Of a DNA stretch of 32,000 nt, positions 17,631 to 26,829 are shown piece by piece. The stretch's first letter is position 1; each line of letters begins with the position of its first letter. The DNA comes from Candidatus Brocadia sp. Its GTDB lineage: Bacteria; Planctomycetota; Brocadiia; Brocadiales; Brocadiaceae. Made by a program: the position numbers and the translations under genes. Location of the stretch: contig CP091279.1 of NCBI GenBank assembly GCA_021650915.1, positions 1-32,000 on the forward strand. Reading direction: 5' to 3'. The notes under the pieces were generated by a model. It was given only the letters and a program-made list of their open reading frames with translations, was not told the DNA's origin and did not search any database.

Positions 17631-19482
17631 AGTGTCTGAACGAAAACGCACTTTTTGTAAAAGTGCGAGGTCGATTTTCTATTTACCAATAGATAATTTT
17701 AAGATTTGAGATTAGGGTTTTTGGCAAAAATACTGTTCTTTTACATATTTCCCTTGTTTTCCCCTTTATTTTAGCCTTGTCTGGGCGTACCTGCCTCCCG
17801 GCAGACTGTTTTTCTTCGTGTTTTTTGCTTGCTTAGGCGGCTTTTCGCAACTTTTCGCACTGCTTCCGTGCCTTCTCCTGCAGCACGTTTCCCAGCTTGT
17901 GCAAATTCGCAGCTAACACGCCCATTGCACAATATCTTTTAAAGGCATGCAGCCCTTTGTCCGGACACCTATCCAAGCCGTGATGCTCCAAACGATTGAT
18001 ATCCGATTCTACCGCCGAGTGCTTGTGCCTTAGCTTCTTAAATGTCTTACCCGATTCCTCTTCCTGTTCCGCCTTATTCTTCTTGCCCTTCTTGGGAAGG
18101 ATTACCTCTGGTATATACAAACTCAGCAACTCTTTATTCTCTTTCTTGTAAAAACCTTTATCAAAACTTATACTCTTTATTGTGCCTTCTCCGTAACGGC
18201 TCAACAACCTATCTGCCAATGGAATTACCAACGATACATCCGCCTGTTTTTCTCCTACCACATGGTCCACGATGAAACCCCACTGATCGCTTGCTACCAG
18301 AATATTATGTCCCAACTCTACCCTTTTGTTTGACTTGCCTTTGTACAGCCACTCCGTATGCGGCTCAAACAACGAATGAACCTTTTCTGCCGCCGGTATT
18401 ACCTCATCCCGGATCACCCTTCTCTCCACCAGGTCTATCTGTTTATTCAACATCCCGTGAAAATACTCCAGTGTCCCTATTTTCCCTGCATGCTTGTCTA
18501 CCTGGTTCGTCGTTAGCACCTTTTCGTAGATGGCTAACAGACTCGCTCCTATCTTTTCACTCAAACCCCTCGATAATTCCAAGTAACTCCTCACATGCTC
18601 TTCCTTGTTTTTCCCCCCCGCTGCTTGACGCCTTTGCGCTTATCCTCATCAGCTTTTTTAACTCTCTCCTCCAATATTTGCTCTTGCGCCATCCTTTCCC
18701 CGCCAGGATGCCTTCCTCTATTGCATCCTCTATCATGTCCAGACTCTTGCGTCCCGCATCCCACAATAAATTCATATCGGTCGGAAAGTGTACATTCGTC
18801 TCTAACACATACGTATCCACCTTAATACACAGTCCTTCGTCCTTTTTTTTAACCAACTGATGCCCCGATGATATCACCACTTCATTTATCTGCCTGAGGG
18901 TCTCCTCATCCAACAATCTTATATTGTCCTTGATGCTCTGCATCGAAAAAACCTTCGCCTCTCCAAATGCCGTCTCAACCCCCATTATCTGCCTGATAAG
19001 TTTGTGATGGTTGGCAAAATCCTCCAACCTGTCATAATCGGCATCTAACCCTAATCTTACCACCGACAACACCAAAATATGCCATAAATCCATCCCATAT
19101 CTTCCCGTCTTTTTCTTCCCCTTCGTTACCTTCGCCTCTAATATCCGGAATACCTCCTCGTTCAACTCCGGTGTAACATAGATATGTTGCAACGCCCTCA
19201 GTATCGGTGGTAGCTCATCTCGACTCTTTATTGGCAGTTTTACCCCTGAAATGGGTATGATGCCAAGCTTCAATTGCTGCTCAAATCTCTTTCTCATCTT
19301 CTATCGAATGTCCTTTGGCTAGTGGGTTAATGAACCGAATATTTGGACTCTTTATACCCAGAATCCCTTCATTTTCGCCATATTTTACCCTTTTACCCGA
19401 AAAAATTCAATGACTTTCATGAACATTTTTCACCAGCTTCTCCTTACTTTACAGGGCTCTGGGGGGTTTCCGTTCAAACACT
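17631..19482 (-). mobile_element. 1.85-kb insertion sequence, copy inserted in modB-like gene (family not certain, possibly ISNCY)
   Basis: Ends AGTGTCTGAACG... and ...TTCAAACACT, flanked by ATAT at 17627-17630 and 19483-19486. Matches 29184-31034 apart from one G in a homopolymer. Confidence 0.95.
17833..19297 (-). pseudogene. Transposase of the 1.85-kb IS, frameshifted at a 7-G run
   Basis: ORFs 18557..19297 and 17833..18594 equal the two parts of intact ORF 29369..30832. Here CAGCGGGGGGGAAAA (7 G), there CAGCGGGGGGAAAA (6 G). Confidence 0.9.
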
Positions 19483-19724
19483 ATATAGGCAGTGGGTACA
19501 CTGAAAACAAACACTATCAGGGAGGCAATAAAAGAAGAGCCGAATGTTACGACAATGGAGACAAGTATCACGCGGCTACTCAGTTGTTGAAGGAAAGAAG
19601 ATGGGGTTGTCGTAAAGAACAGCGACCCGATAATTAAAAACATAAAGGCAATAAGGATGAAGGAAAAGAAGTAATTGGTGCCTTCAAATACCTTATTCGC
19701 CACTTTTAGATAAAGCTTCCCCAT
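19483..19724 (-). pseudogene. modB: 5' part of molybdate-type ABC transporter permease gene (modB-like)
   Basis: MGKLYLKVANKVFEGTNYFFSFILIAFMFLIIGSLFFTT...IVVTFGSSFIASLIVFVFSVPTAYI, joins to LSRKTFWGKRILETVVVDLPLSFPPG after IS removal. Confidence 0.85.
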
Positions 19725-19727
19725 ATC

Positions 19728-19956
19728 ATAACGCAGTACAGTCGCAACCAATTCCCCATTTTGAAAGCGGGAGATTGCTTCGGACAAGACCCTCGCAATG
19801 ACACTGGCTATGTCTTTGATGACATCCAGTACGTTGTCATTGCGAGCGAAGCGAAACAATCCTCCTCTTATAAATAAACGGTACCTTCTGACAAGGGATA
19901 AATAGGGTTGCAAAAAAACTTGCAAAAGAAGAAAGATTTTATGCGGTAATACTATA
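19728..19956 (+). repeat. Modular repeat copy C, adjacent to the modB-like start codon
   Basis: ATAACGCAGTACAGTCGCAACC ... AAAAGAAGAAAGATTTTATGCGGTAATACTATA with GAGATTGCTTCGG / GTCATTGCGAGCGAAGCG interior as in copy B. Confidence 0.8.
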
Positions 19957-20074
19957 ACGCAGCACAGTTGCAACTAAACTAAATTAACCACCCCTTCAGC
20001 CCCTCCTTGCAAGGAGGGGCTGAAGGGCGGCAAAATATCTTTCTGGAAAAAGAAATTTCTACAAGGTAATACGA
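19954..20074 (+). repeat. Modular repeat copy D, abutting copy C
   Basis: ATAACGCAGCACAGTTGCAAC ... GGAAAAAGAAATTTCTACAAGGTAATACGA with a different interior containing a 36-bp perfect palindrome (19992-20027). Confidence 0.65.
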
Positions 20075-20104
20075 TGGTGATGTTTTGCGATTTCAAAAAC
20101 AGAT

Positions 20105-21154
20105 TTACAGTTTCGTTATCGTGTCGCTGTCGTAGTTTGCCACCCAAATGTTAGCGCCATCAAAGACAATTCCCCGAGGGTTGATGCCTACATCATAGGT
20201 GCCGATCACGGCGCCGTCACTTGCTCTCATTTTTGTTACGTCGTTACTGCCCGCATTCGTCACCCAGATATTGGCGCCATCAAAGGCTATTCCGTATGGG
20301 TACATTCCCACAGCGTAGGTGCCGAGTGTGGTCCCATCATTTGCTCTCAGCTTTGTTACCTTACCGCTGCCGTAATTTGTTATCCAGATATTGGCGCCGT
20401 CAAAGGCCACCCATTTGGGGATCCAACCCACAGCGTAGGTGCTGAGTAAAGTCCCATCGCTTGCCCGTAGCTTCGTTACGCTGTTGCTATTAGAATTTAC
20501 CACCCAAACGTTGGCGCCGTCGAAGATCACTCCTCGCGGATTTAGACCCACGGCATAGGTGCCGAGTATCGTTCCATCGCTTGCCCGTAATTTTGTCACA
20601 TCGTTACTGCCGGAATTTGTCACCCAGATATTTTCCCCATCAAAGGCCACTCCATAGGGATAGAAACCCACGACATAGGTGTCGAGCACCGCTCCATCGC
20701 TTGCTCTCATTTTTGTTATGCTGTCGCCGCCGGAATTTGCCACCCAGATGTTAGCGCCATCAAAAGCTATTCCCCTTGGGATGAAGCCCACGGCATAGTT
20801 GCCAAGTACGGTCCCGTCACTTCCCCTTAGCTTTGTTATACTGATGCTACCAGAATTCGTCACCCAGATATTGGTTCCGTCAAAGGTCACTCCATAGGGT
20901 TGAAAACCCACGGAAAAGGTAGAACTGCTGTGGGTTGTCAGTTCATACCATTGTTTGAGCTTTCTAAAGCGCGTTTCCTCTGTGTCGACATCTTCATTTG
21001 AGACAGTGAGAGAAGGGCGTTGCACATTCGGAAGGATGAAGCGGGAAAGAGTCTCTCCTGGAGTTGTGCGTTTTTCATATGATTCCGCCCGGGGCGCCAT
21101 GCTGGTAAATAAGACTAATGCAATAAAAAAGAAGATGTTCCTGGAGACCTTCAT
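20105..21154 (-). CDS. Secreted protein with 40-aa beta-propeller-type repeats (NHL/YVTN/Vgb-like)
   Basis: Signal peptide, then seven units such as AVGLNPRGVIFDGANVWVVNSNSNSVTKLRASDGTLLSTY; last unit truncated. Confidence 0.85.
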   Translation of the reverse strand: MKVSRNIFFFIALVLFTSMAPRAESYEKRTTPGETLSRFILPNVQRPSLTVSNEDVDTEETRFRKLKQWYELTTHSSSTFSVGFQPYGVTFDGTNIWVTNSGSISITKLRGSDGTVLGNYAVGFIPRGIAFDGANIWVANSGGDSITKMRASDGAVLDTYVVGFYPYGVAFDGENIWVTNSGSNDVTKLRASDGTILGTYAVGLNPRGVIFDGANVWVVNSNSNSVTKLRASDGTLLSTYAVGWIPKWVAFDGANIWITNYGSGKVTKLRANDGTTLGTYAVGMYPYGIAFDGANIWVTNAGSNDVTKMRASDGAVIGTYDVGINPRGIVFDGANIWVANYDSDTITKL

Positions 21155-21177
21155 TTTTTTCTCCTTTCAGGTTAACG

Positions 21178-21780
21178 TTACGGAGGTGACGTGACCTCGA
21201 TTTCTTGAAGCACGGGAATAACGATTTTACCAACGTATTTAAACGACTCAAAAAGCATGAAAAAGAAGACACCTACGGCTACGGCGATAATAACCGCTCC
21301 TGCCCAATGCTGGAAATGAAATCGTTTCAGTGAAGGAGCAAAAGTAATCAGGCCGAACACGGCGGAAAGCACCGTTATAGCATCAAGGCTCGCCCGTTGC
21401 CAGTAAGGGCCTCCCAAATGCAGCCACATTCCAAACTCGTCAAAGGTTAATGCCATACCGCTTCCGTAAATTATGGCAGCTATTTCCAGGTTTCGACCAC
21501 CCGGATGCCAGAACAGCTGATATGCACCGACACCGGCAAGGAGAAAAATGCCATAATTGAGATGATGAACATGCGTTCCCCCTAAATGCAGGTAGAGATC
21601 GGGTATTCTCCGGGACATAATTAAAATGACAAGCACTCGAACCACAATAAACGTCAAAATGAAAGTGACAAGCACTAACCGAGCAAGATGGTTGGAAATT
21701 TGTAGTGACGTTATGCTAGGATTTGTGCCGTTTGCCATTGTTAACAATCTACGAAAAGTGCCAAGAGAATAGTAGTGCAA
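21178..21780 (-). CDS. Conserved integral membrane protein, function unknown
   Basis: Several TM segments with HLGGTHVHHLNYGIFLL and YGSGMALTFDEFGMWLHLGGPYW. Start may be internal (MANGTNPS). Confidence 0.75.
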   Translation of the reverse strand: MHYYSLGTFRRLLTMANGTNPSITSLQISNHLARLVLVTFILTFIVVRVLVILIMSRRIPDLYLHLGGTHVHHLNYGIFLLAGVGAYQLFWHPGGRNLEIAAIIYGSGMALTFDEFGMWLHLGGPYWQRASLDAITVLSAVFGLITFAPSLKRFHFQHWAGAVIIAVAVGVFFFMLFESFKYVGKIVIPVLQEIEVTSPP

Positions 21781-21789
21781 TATCTCTCT

Positions 21790-24342
21790 CTATAAAATTG
21801 CAACAACTCCCCTGGTTCCTCTCAAAATAAGAAAAGCAATGTTGGTAAGAATACGCGGCAGTTTTAAGCCCCCGGGAAATGCCAGATATTTGGGTTCCCA
21901 TTCAGGATCAAACTTTTCCTTGTACTGTCGTAATCCCTGGAAGTTATAAAAATGTTCCCCGTGACGAAAAACTAACGATCCAAGCCTGCTCCAGAGCGGT
22001 GCAAGGGCGTGTTCCTCAAGTCCGGAGAGGGGCGCCATTCCCAAGTTAAACCACTTATATCCCTCTTGCTTTCCCCAGAGCATAAGCTGTACAAACAGAT
22101 ATTCCATGACGCCGTTTGGGGCATCGGGGAAGTGTCGCATAAGATCTCCAGAGACCTCCGCCTTCTCACTACTGAGCCAGACGTTCACAAAGGCGATGAT
22201 CTTGCCATTCTTTCGCACTATCCCGGCGGGGTAATGTTTCAGGTATTCTGTATCGAAGAACCCTATGCTGAATCCTTTCTCGGTGATATTTTTTTCCTGC
22301 AGCCACGCGTCTGATATTATCTTAAGTTTTGGCAGTAAAGACGGTATTGTGGTGGTTGGGACTAACTCAAAGGTACAACCCTCCTTCTCAAGGCGATTAC
22401 AGGTGTGGCGTAATCCCTTCCTGGCGGACCCTTCAAGAGAAAACGTTGTCAGGGGGACGCGAGCTTCTTCGCCAAGTTTAAGCAGGGTTAGGCCAAGGTC
22501 AATATAAATGGGGAGATTCCTTCGGTTTACCTCGTAGAAGACCGTCCATCCATCATGACGATCGCATAGTTCATGGAATTTCCAAATCAGTTCGGGCATT
22601 TCATTTTCCGGACCGACGGGGTCACCCAGCGCCACCCAACTTCTGCCATTAATTGCGTACATTATGAATGCATTTCTGCGCTCGTTCAAGAGGAATAATT
22701 TGTCCCCAAGCAGGGCAAAATTGGCGTACGTTCCTTTTGACCCTTTCACGATAGCACGGACTATTTCCAAGTCCGTCGCTAATGGAATCGATGGTTTCGC
22801 AAATGCCGGGCGTAAGAGTTTTAACACGGCGAAAAAAAGCGCTAAAATTACAACTCCCGCGGTAGCGCGGAGAAACCGCGGTGCATTACCTGACAAACTG
22901 AAATGCCACCATAACTCATTGGAATACGCAACATGTTTGTGACAGAAGAATCCCAGCCAGACTGAGCAAAGAATAACAATTACGATAGCTGCGATCCAGC
23001 GTGCAGTAAACGGCTCATTTATGAGAGACGTTTTGCGGTAGAAATGACGGCGGGACGGTAGGAGCGCACCTAACATAAGAGCCAAAACAACCGCCTCCTC
23101 ATAATCGAATCCCTTAAGTAAGGAAAAGACAATTCCGGCGCTTAAAAGGGCTATGGTGAGAGAATATACGGCATTAAGTCTGCGTTGCAGACCCCAGGAT
23201 AATAAGAGAAGCAAAACACCGGCAATGCTACCCAAAAAATGGGAGATTTCCATAACCGATAGCGGCAGTAAATCTTTGAGCCACATTATACGAATATTTA
23301 CTGCAGGGATTGCTCCCGAAAAGAGAAGAATGGCGCCACCGACAAAAGAGGTAACGGAGAGTACTGTTGGTATAATCTCTGGCGTCCATTGTCCAAAGAT
23401 GCGGGCAAACAGTCTGCATGCCTCTTTTCTCAGAAGGAGTTCGTGGATACCAAGCAACACCGTGGCGAAACAGATAGGCAGCAAGTAGTATATTCCACGA
23501 AAGACCAAAAGCGATCCAAGGATAGAAGAAGCCGGTAGCGTGGGCGAAAGGAAGACGATGAATACGGTTTCAATAATCCCAAGTCCGCCGGGAACCTGGC
23601 TTACTAACGTTGCTATTTGGGACAGAACAAAGATACCAAGAATCTTGAGATAAGACAATTTTTCCATAGAGGGAAGCAGGACGTAAAGCACGCTTCCGTT
23701 CAATATCACATCAAGGCATGCAATTACGGTTGAAGAAAGAGAGAACTTTAGCGAAGGAATGGAAAACTCCCATTTCAGAACCCTGAGAGGTTTCTTTCTC
23801 ATGGCGCTGAATAACAGGTATCCGGTAATAAAAACGAGGAAGAATATCCCAAGATGCGGTTCTGACACAAAACGGAGGTGAATCAATGCAGGAATTCCTA
23901 GTGGTTCTGAAAGAAAAACAATTCCACCTATGGTGAAGATGCCCAGCCAATAGCTTAAACCACTAAAAATGACAATTTTGGTGACGTCAATCGCAGAAAG
24001 TCCCCACGCTGAGTAGAGCCGGTAACGGATTGCGGCGTGCATGGGTGTGCCAACGCTATTGCTGAAGGCATAACCGATGAAACCGGCGGTGGCAAGCTTG
24101 TTATACCCCAGCGGGCGATGTACATAGCGGAGTGCAACGGATTCATACTCTATCATTGCTAAATAACTAAACACGGTAAGCACTAGGGCAACGAGAAGAT
24201 GAGAAGCCGGGATTGTTTTCAGTTGATGTAGGACATCCTGATAATGATACTCCTTTAGTTCATAACGGAGCACATACAGTGCGGCGGCAAAGAGTAAGAG
24301 GCCAAATAGAGCGCCAAGACTTTGGAGGAGCTTTTTTTTCAT
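21790..24342 (-). CDS. mprF: Lysylphosphatidylglycerol flippase/synthetase MprF-like
   Basis: 850 aa: N-terminal flippase-like TM domain (SQIATLVSQVPGGLGIIETVFI) and C-terminal DUF2156-type acyl transferase (FMMYAINGRSWVALGDPVGPENE-like, EGSARKGLRHTCNRLEKEG, GVMEYLFVQLMLWGKQEGYKWFNLGMAPLSGL). Confidence 0.92.
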   Translation of the reverse strand: MKKKLLQSLGALFGLLLFAAALYVLRYELKEYHYQDVLHQLKTIPASHLLVALVLTVFSYLAMIEYESVALRYVHRPLGYNKLATAGFIGYAFSNSVGTPMHAAIRYRLYSAWGLSAIDVTKIVIFSGLSYWLGIFTIGGIVFLSEPLGIPALIHLRFVSEPHLGIFFLVFITGYLLFSAMRKKPLRVLKWEFSIPSLKFSLSSTVIACLDVILNGSVLYVLLPSMEKLSYLKILGIFVLSQIATLVSQVPGGLGIIETVFIVFLSPTLPASSILGSLLVFRGIYYLLPICFATVLLGIHELLLRKEACRLFARIFGQWTPEIIPTVLSVTSFVGGAILLFSGAIPAVNIRIMWLKDLLPLSVMEISHFLGSIAGVLLLLLSWGLQRRLNAVYSLTIALLSAGIVFSLLKGFDYEEAVVLALMLGALLPSRRHFYRKTSLINEPFTARWIAAIVIVILCSVWLGFFCHKHVAYSNELWWHFSLSGNAPRFLRATAGVVILALFFAVLKLLRPAFAKPSIPLATDLEIVRAIVKGSKGTYANFALLGDKLFLLNERRNAFIMYAINGRSWVALGDPVGPENEMPELIWKFHELCDRHDGWTVFYEVNRRNLPIYIDLGLTLLKLGEEARVPLTTFSLEGSARKGLRHTCNRLEKEGCTFELVPTTTIPSLLPKLKIISDAWLQEKNITEKGFSIGFFDTEYLKHYPAGIVRKNGKIIAFVNVWLSSEKAEVSGDLMRHFPDAPNGVMEYLFVQLMLWGKQEGYKWFNLGMAPLSGLEEHALAPLWSRLGSLVFRHGEHFYNFQGLRQYKEKFDPEWEPKYLAFPGGLKLPRILTNIAFLILRGTRGVVAIL

Positions 24343-24463
24343 AGCGAATGCGTAATTCAGACATTATTAGTTTACCATAGCGAGACAAGCAACTCTTGAA
24401 CTCAATCCCTCTGCAAATACAATGGAAACTATCTGAAACGTGCAAATCTATCGGTATTGCTTG

Positions 24464-26527
24464 TTAATCCGCATTGGTTGCATACTTAAGGCCGAAATTA
24501 GTATCGTCATAATAGCTGATGTGCGCCTTGCCCGCTGTGTCCACTGCAATGGAGGTATACCCGCCTACGTTCCCGCTACTATCAAGAGTTTTTATTTTCC
24601 ATGAACCGGAAATATTGGTTGCATACTTGAGATCGTCATTCGTATCATCATAATAGCTTATATGAACCTTGTTTGATGTGTCTACTGCAATGGAAGTATG
24701 TCCGCCTACAGTTCCACTGCCGTCCACAGTCCTGGTTACCCACGAACCGGAAGTATTCGTGGCATACTTGAGGTCACCACGAGTATAATCATAATAGCTG
24801 ATGTGCGCCTTGCCTGATGTGTCTAGTGTTAAGGAGGAAAACTGTCCGACATCACCATCGCTGTCAATAGTCTTGGTTGTCCATAAACCAGCGGCACCCG
24901 TGGCATATTTGAGGACATCTTTTGTGTTATCATAATAACTTATATGTACCCTGCCTGATCTGTCCACTGCGATCGAGGTATATTCCCCTACATTTCCATC
25001 GCTGTCAATGGTCTTGGTTACCCACGAACCTGAGGCGTTGGTGGCATACTTGAGGTCTTCATTGGTGCAATCATAATAGCTTATGTGCGTTTTACCAGAT
25101 GCATCCACTTTTATGGAGGAAAACTCTCCTGCATTTCCTCCGCTATCAACAATCTCGGTTGCCCATGAACCAGAGGCATTGGTGGCGTATCTGAGATCAC
25201 CGTTCGTACTATCATAGTAGCTGATGTGCACCTTGTTTGATATGTCCACTGCTATGGAAGTAAATTCGCCTACATTTCCTTGACTGTACAAGCTTGTGAC
25301 TACCCATGAACCGGAGGCATTGGTAGCGTACTTGAGGTCGCTTTTTGTGCTGTCATAATAGCTGATGTGTACCTTGTTTAAGGTATCTGTTGCTATGGAG
25401 GTATATGCCACAACATTACCGCCACTGTCGATAGTTTCAGCTCTCCATAAGCCAGGAATATTAGTGGCATATTTGATACTACCATTGACGCTATCATAAT
25501 AACTTATATGCACGTTACGAGATGTATCCACTGCTATGGAGGTATAACTACCAACATTTACATCCTTAGCCACAGTATCTATTCTCCATGTGCCCGTGGC
25601 ATTGGTGGCGTGCCTGATGCTACCGGTAGTAATATCATAATAGCTGATGTGTACCTTACCCGCTGTGTCAGCTGCTATGGAGGTATATCCACCTACATTC
25701 CCGCTGTTATCTACAATAACCAATGTCCATGTGCCAGAGGCATTGGTGGCGTATTTGAGGTTTTTCCTGGTAGTATCATAATAGCTGATGTGTGCCTTGC
25801 CAGATGCGTCCACTGCTATGGAGGAGTATTCACCTACCCATTCGCCTTTGTCCACAGTAGTGGCTAACCATGATCCGGAGGCATTGGTGGCATATTTGAG
25901 GTTTTTCCGGGTAAGATCATAATAACTGATATGCACCTTGCCCGCTGTGTCCACTGCTACGGAGGTATATGTCCCCACATCCTCGTTATTATCTGCCGTG
26001 GCTGTTACCCATGTGCCAGAGCTATTCGTGGCATATTTGAGATCGCCGTTGAAATCGTCATAATAACTGATATGTACTTTATTTGAAGAATCAAGCGCTA
26101 TGGAGGTATATCCGCCTGTTTTCCCGCTGTTATCCACAATAACGGTTATCCATAAGCCTGATGCATTGGTGGCATATTTGAGGTTTTTATTCGTAAGATC
26201 GTAATAGCTGATGTGTACCTTGCCCGATTTATCCAGCGCTATTGAGGCATATCCGCCTACTCCAGAGGAAGGATCCACCGTCACGATATGCCATCTGCTG
26301 CCATCATGACGTGCATAGTAAAGGTGGTCGCCTCCAAAGACAATATGAGGATGGCCATGAGTGTCGATGGCCATTGCCCTCGAATAACCCTGTTGGGAAT
26401 ATTTTTCTTTTATAACGGTTTCTATCGGCCACGTTACCGCAAATGATGTATTTGTCATAAAAAGAAAGTTGGTAAAAATGAGAAATACGGGCAATAACGA
26501 TCTTTTGTTCATAATTATTCCCATCAT
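24464..26527 (-). CDS. Secreted protein of about 14 tandem 46-aa beta-propeller-type repeats
   Basis: Signal peptide (LLPVFLIFTNFLFMTNTSFA), then repeats of VGGYTSIAVDTAGKVHISYYDxxxxDLKYATNASGSW; 13 HISYYD occurrences plus one degenerate first unit. Confidence 0.88.
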   Translation of the reverse strand: MMGIIMNKRSLLPVFLIFTNFLFMTNTSFAVTWPIETVIKEKYSQQGYSRAMAIDTHGHPHIVFGGDHLYYARHDGSRWHIVTVDPSSGVGGYASIALDKSGKVHISYYDLTNKNLKYATNASGLWITVIVDNSGKTGGYTSIALDSSNKVHISYYDDFNGDLKYATNSSGTWVTATADNNEDVGTYTSVAVDTAGKVHISYYDLTRKNLKYATNASGSWLATTVDKGEWVGEYSSIAVDASGKAHISYYDTTRKNLKYATNASGTWTLVIVDNSGNVGGYTSIAADTAGKVHISYYDITTGSIRHATNATGTWRIDTVAKDVNVGSYTSIAVDTSRNVHISYYDSVNGSIKYATNIPGLWRAETIDSGGNVVAYTSIATDTLNKVHISYYDSTKSDLKYATNASGSWVVTSLYSQGNVGEFTSIAVDISNKVHISYYDSTNGDLRYATNASGSWATEIVDSGGNAGEFSSIKVDASGKTHISYYDCTNEDLKYATNASGSWVTKTIDSDGNVGEYTSIAVDRSGRVHISYYDNTKDVLKYATGAAGLWTTKTIDSDGDVGQFSSLTLDTSGKAHISYYDYTRGDLKYATNTSGSWVTRTVDGSGTVGGHTSIAVDTSNKVHISYYDDTNDDLKYATNISGSWKIKTLDSSGNVGGYTSIAVDTAGKAHISYYDDTNFGLKYATNAD

Positions 26528-26784
26528 TTGCGGCCTCCTGTGAGTATTTTTTGGATTTCAATATAAGCTCCTTCCGCCATTTTAGCACATGGTGAATACT
26601 CAGGCAAGTTGAATAGGTCGTGCGGATACAAAAACTGTGCATTTATGAAACAGATGATCGTATTTTCATGATTGCATTTTTGTCTGGACTTATTTTTATG
26701 ATCGGCCACAAGGTATGCAGGAAGTCATACGTCCGGCTAGCGTAAGAACCGTAAACGCCGTATGAACACAAGTCTCGAAAGTTG

Positions 26785-26829
26785 CATCATCATCATCATC
26801 ACCACCACCACCACCACCACCACCACCAC
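26785..26829 (+). repeat. Trinucleotide microsatellite (CAT)5(CAC)10
   Basis: Direct reading: catcatcatcatcatcaccaccaccaccaccaccaccaccaccac. Confidence 0.98.

Noticed and set aside
17840-18860. Serine/proline-rich ORFs antisense to the 1.85-kb IS transposase (18291..18860 and equivalents near 30374)
   Set aside because: Shadow ORFs produced by codon bias of the opposite-strand transposase.
20105-26527. CRISPR-like periodicity in two regions
   Set aside because: Regular repeat spacing corresponds to in-frame protein repeats (40 and 46 aa) without identical repeats and unique spacers; no cas genes are present.
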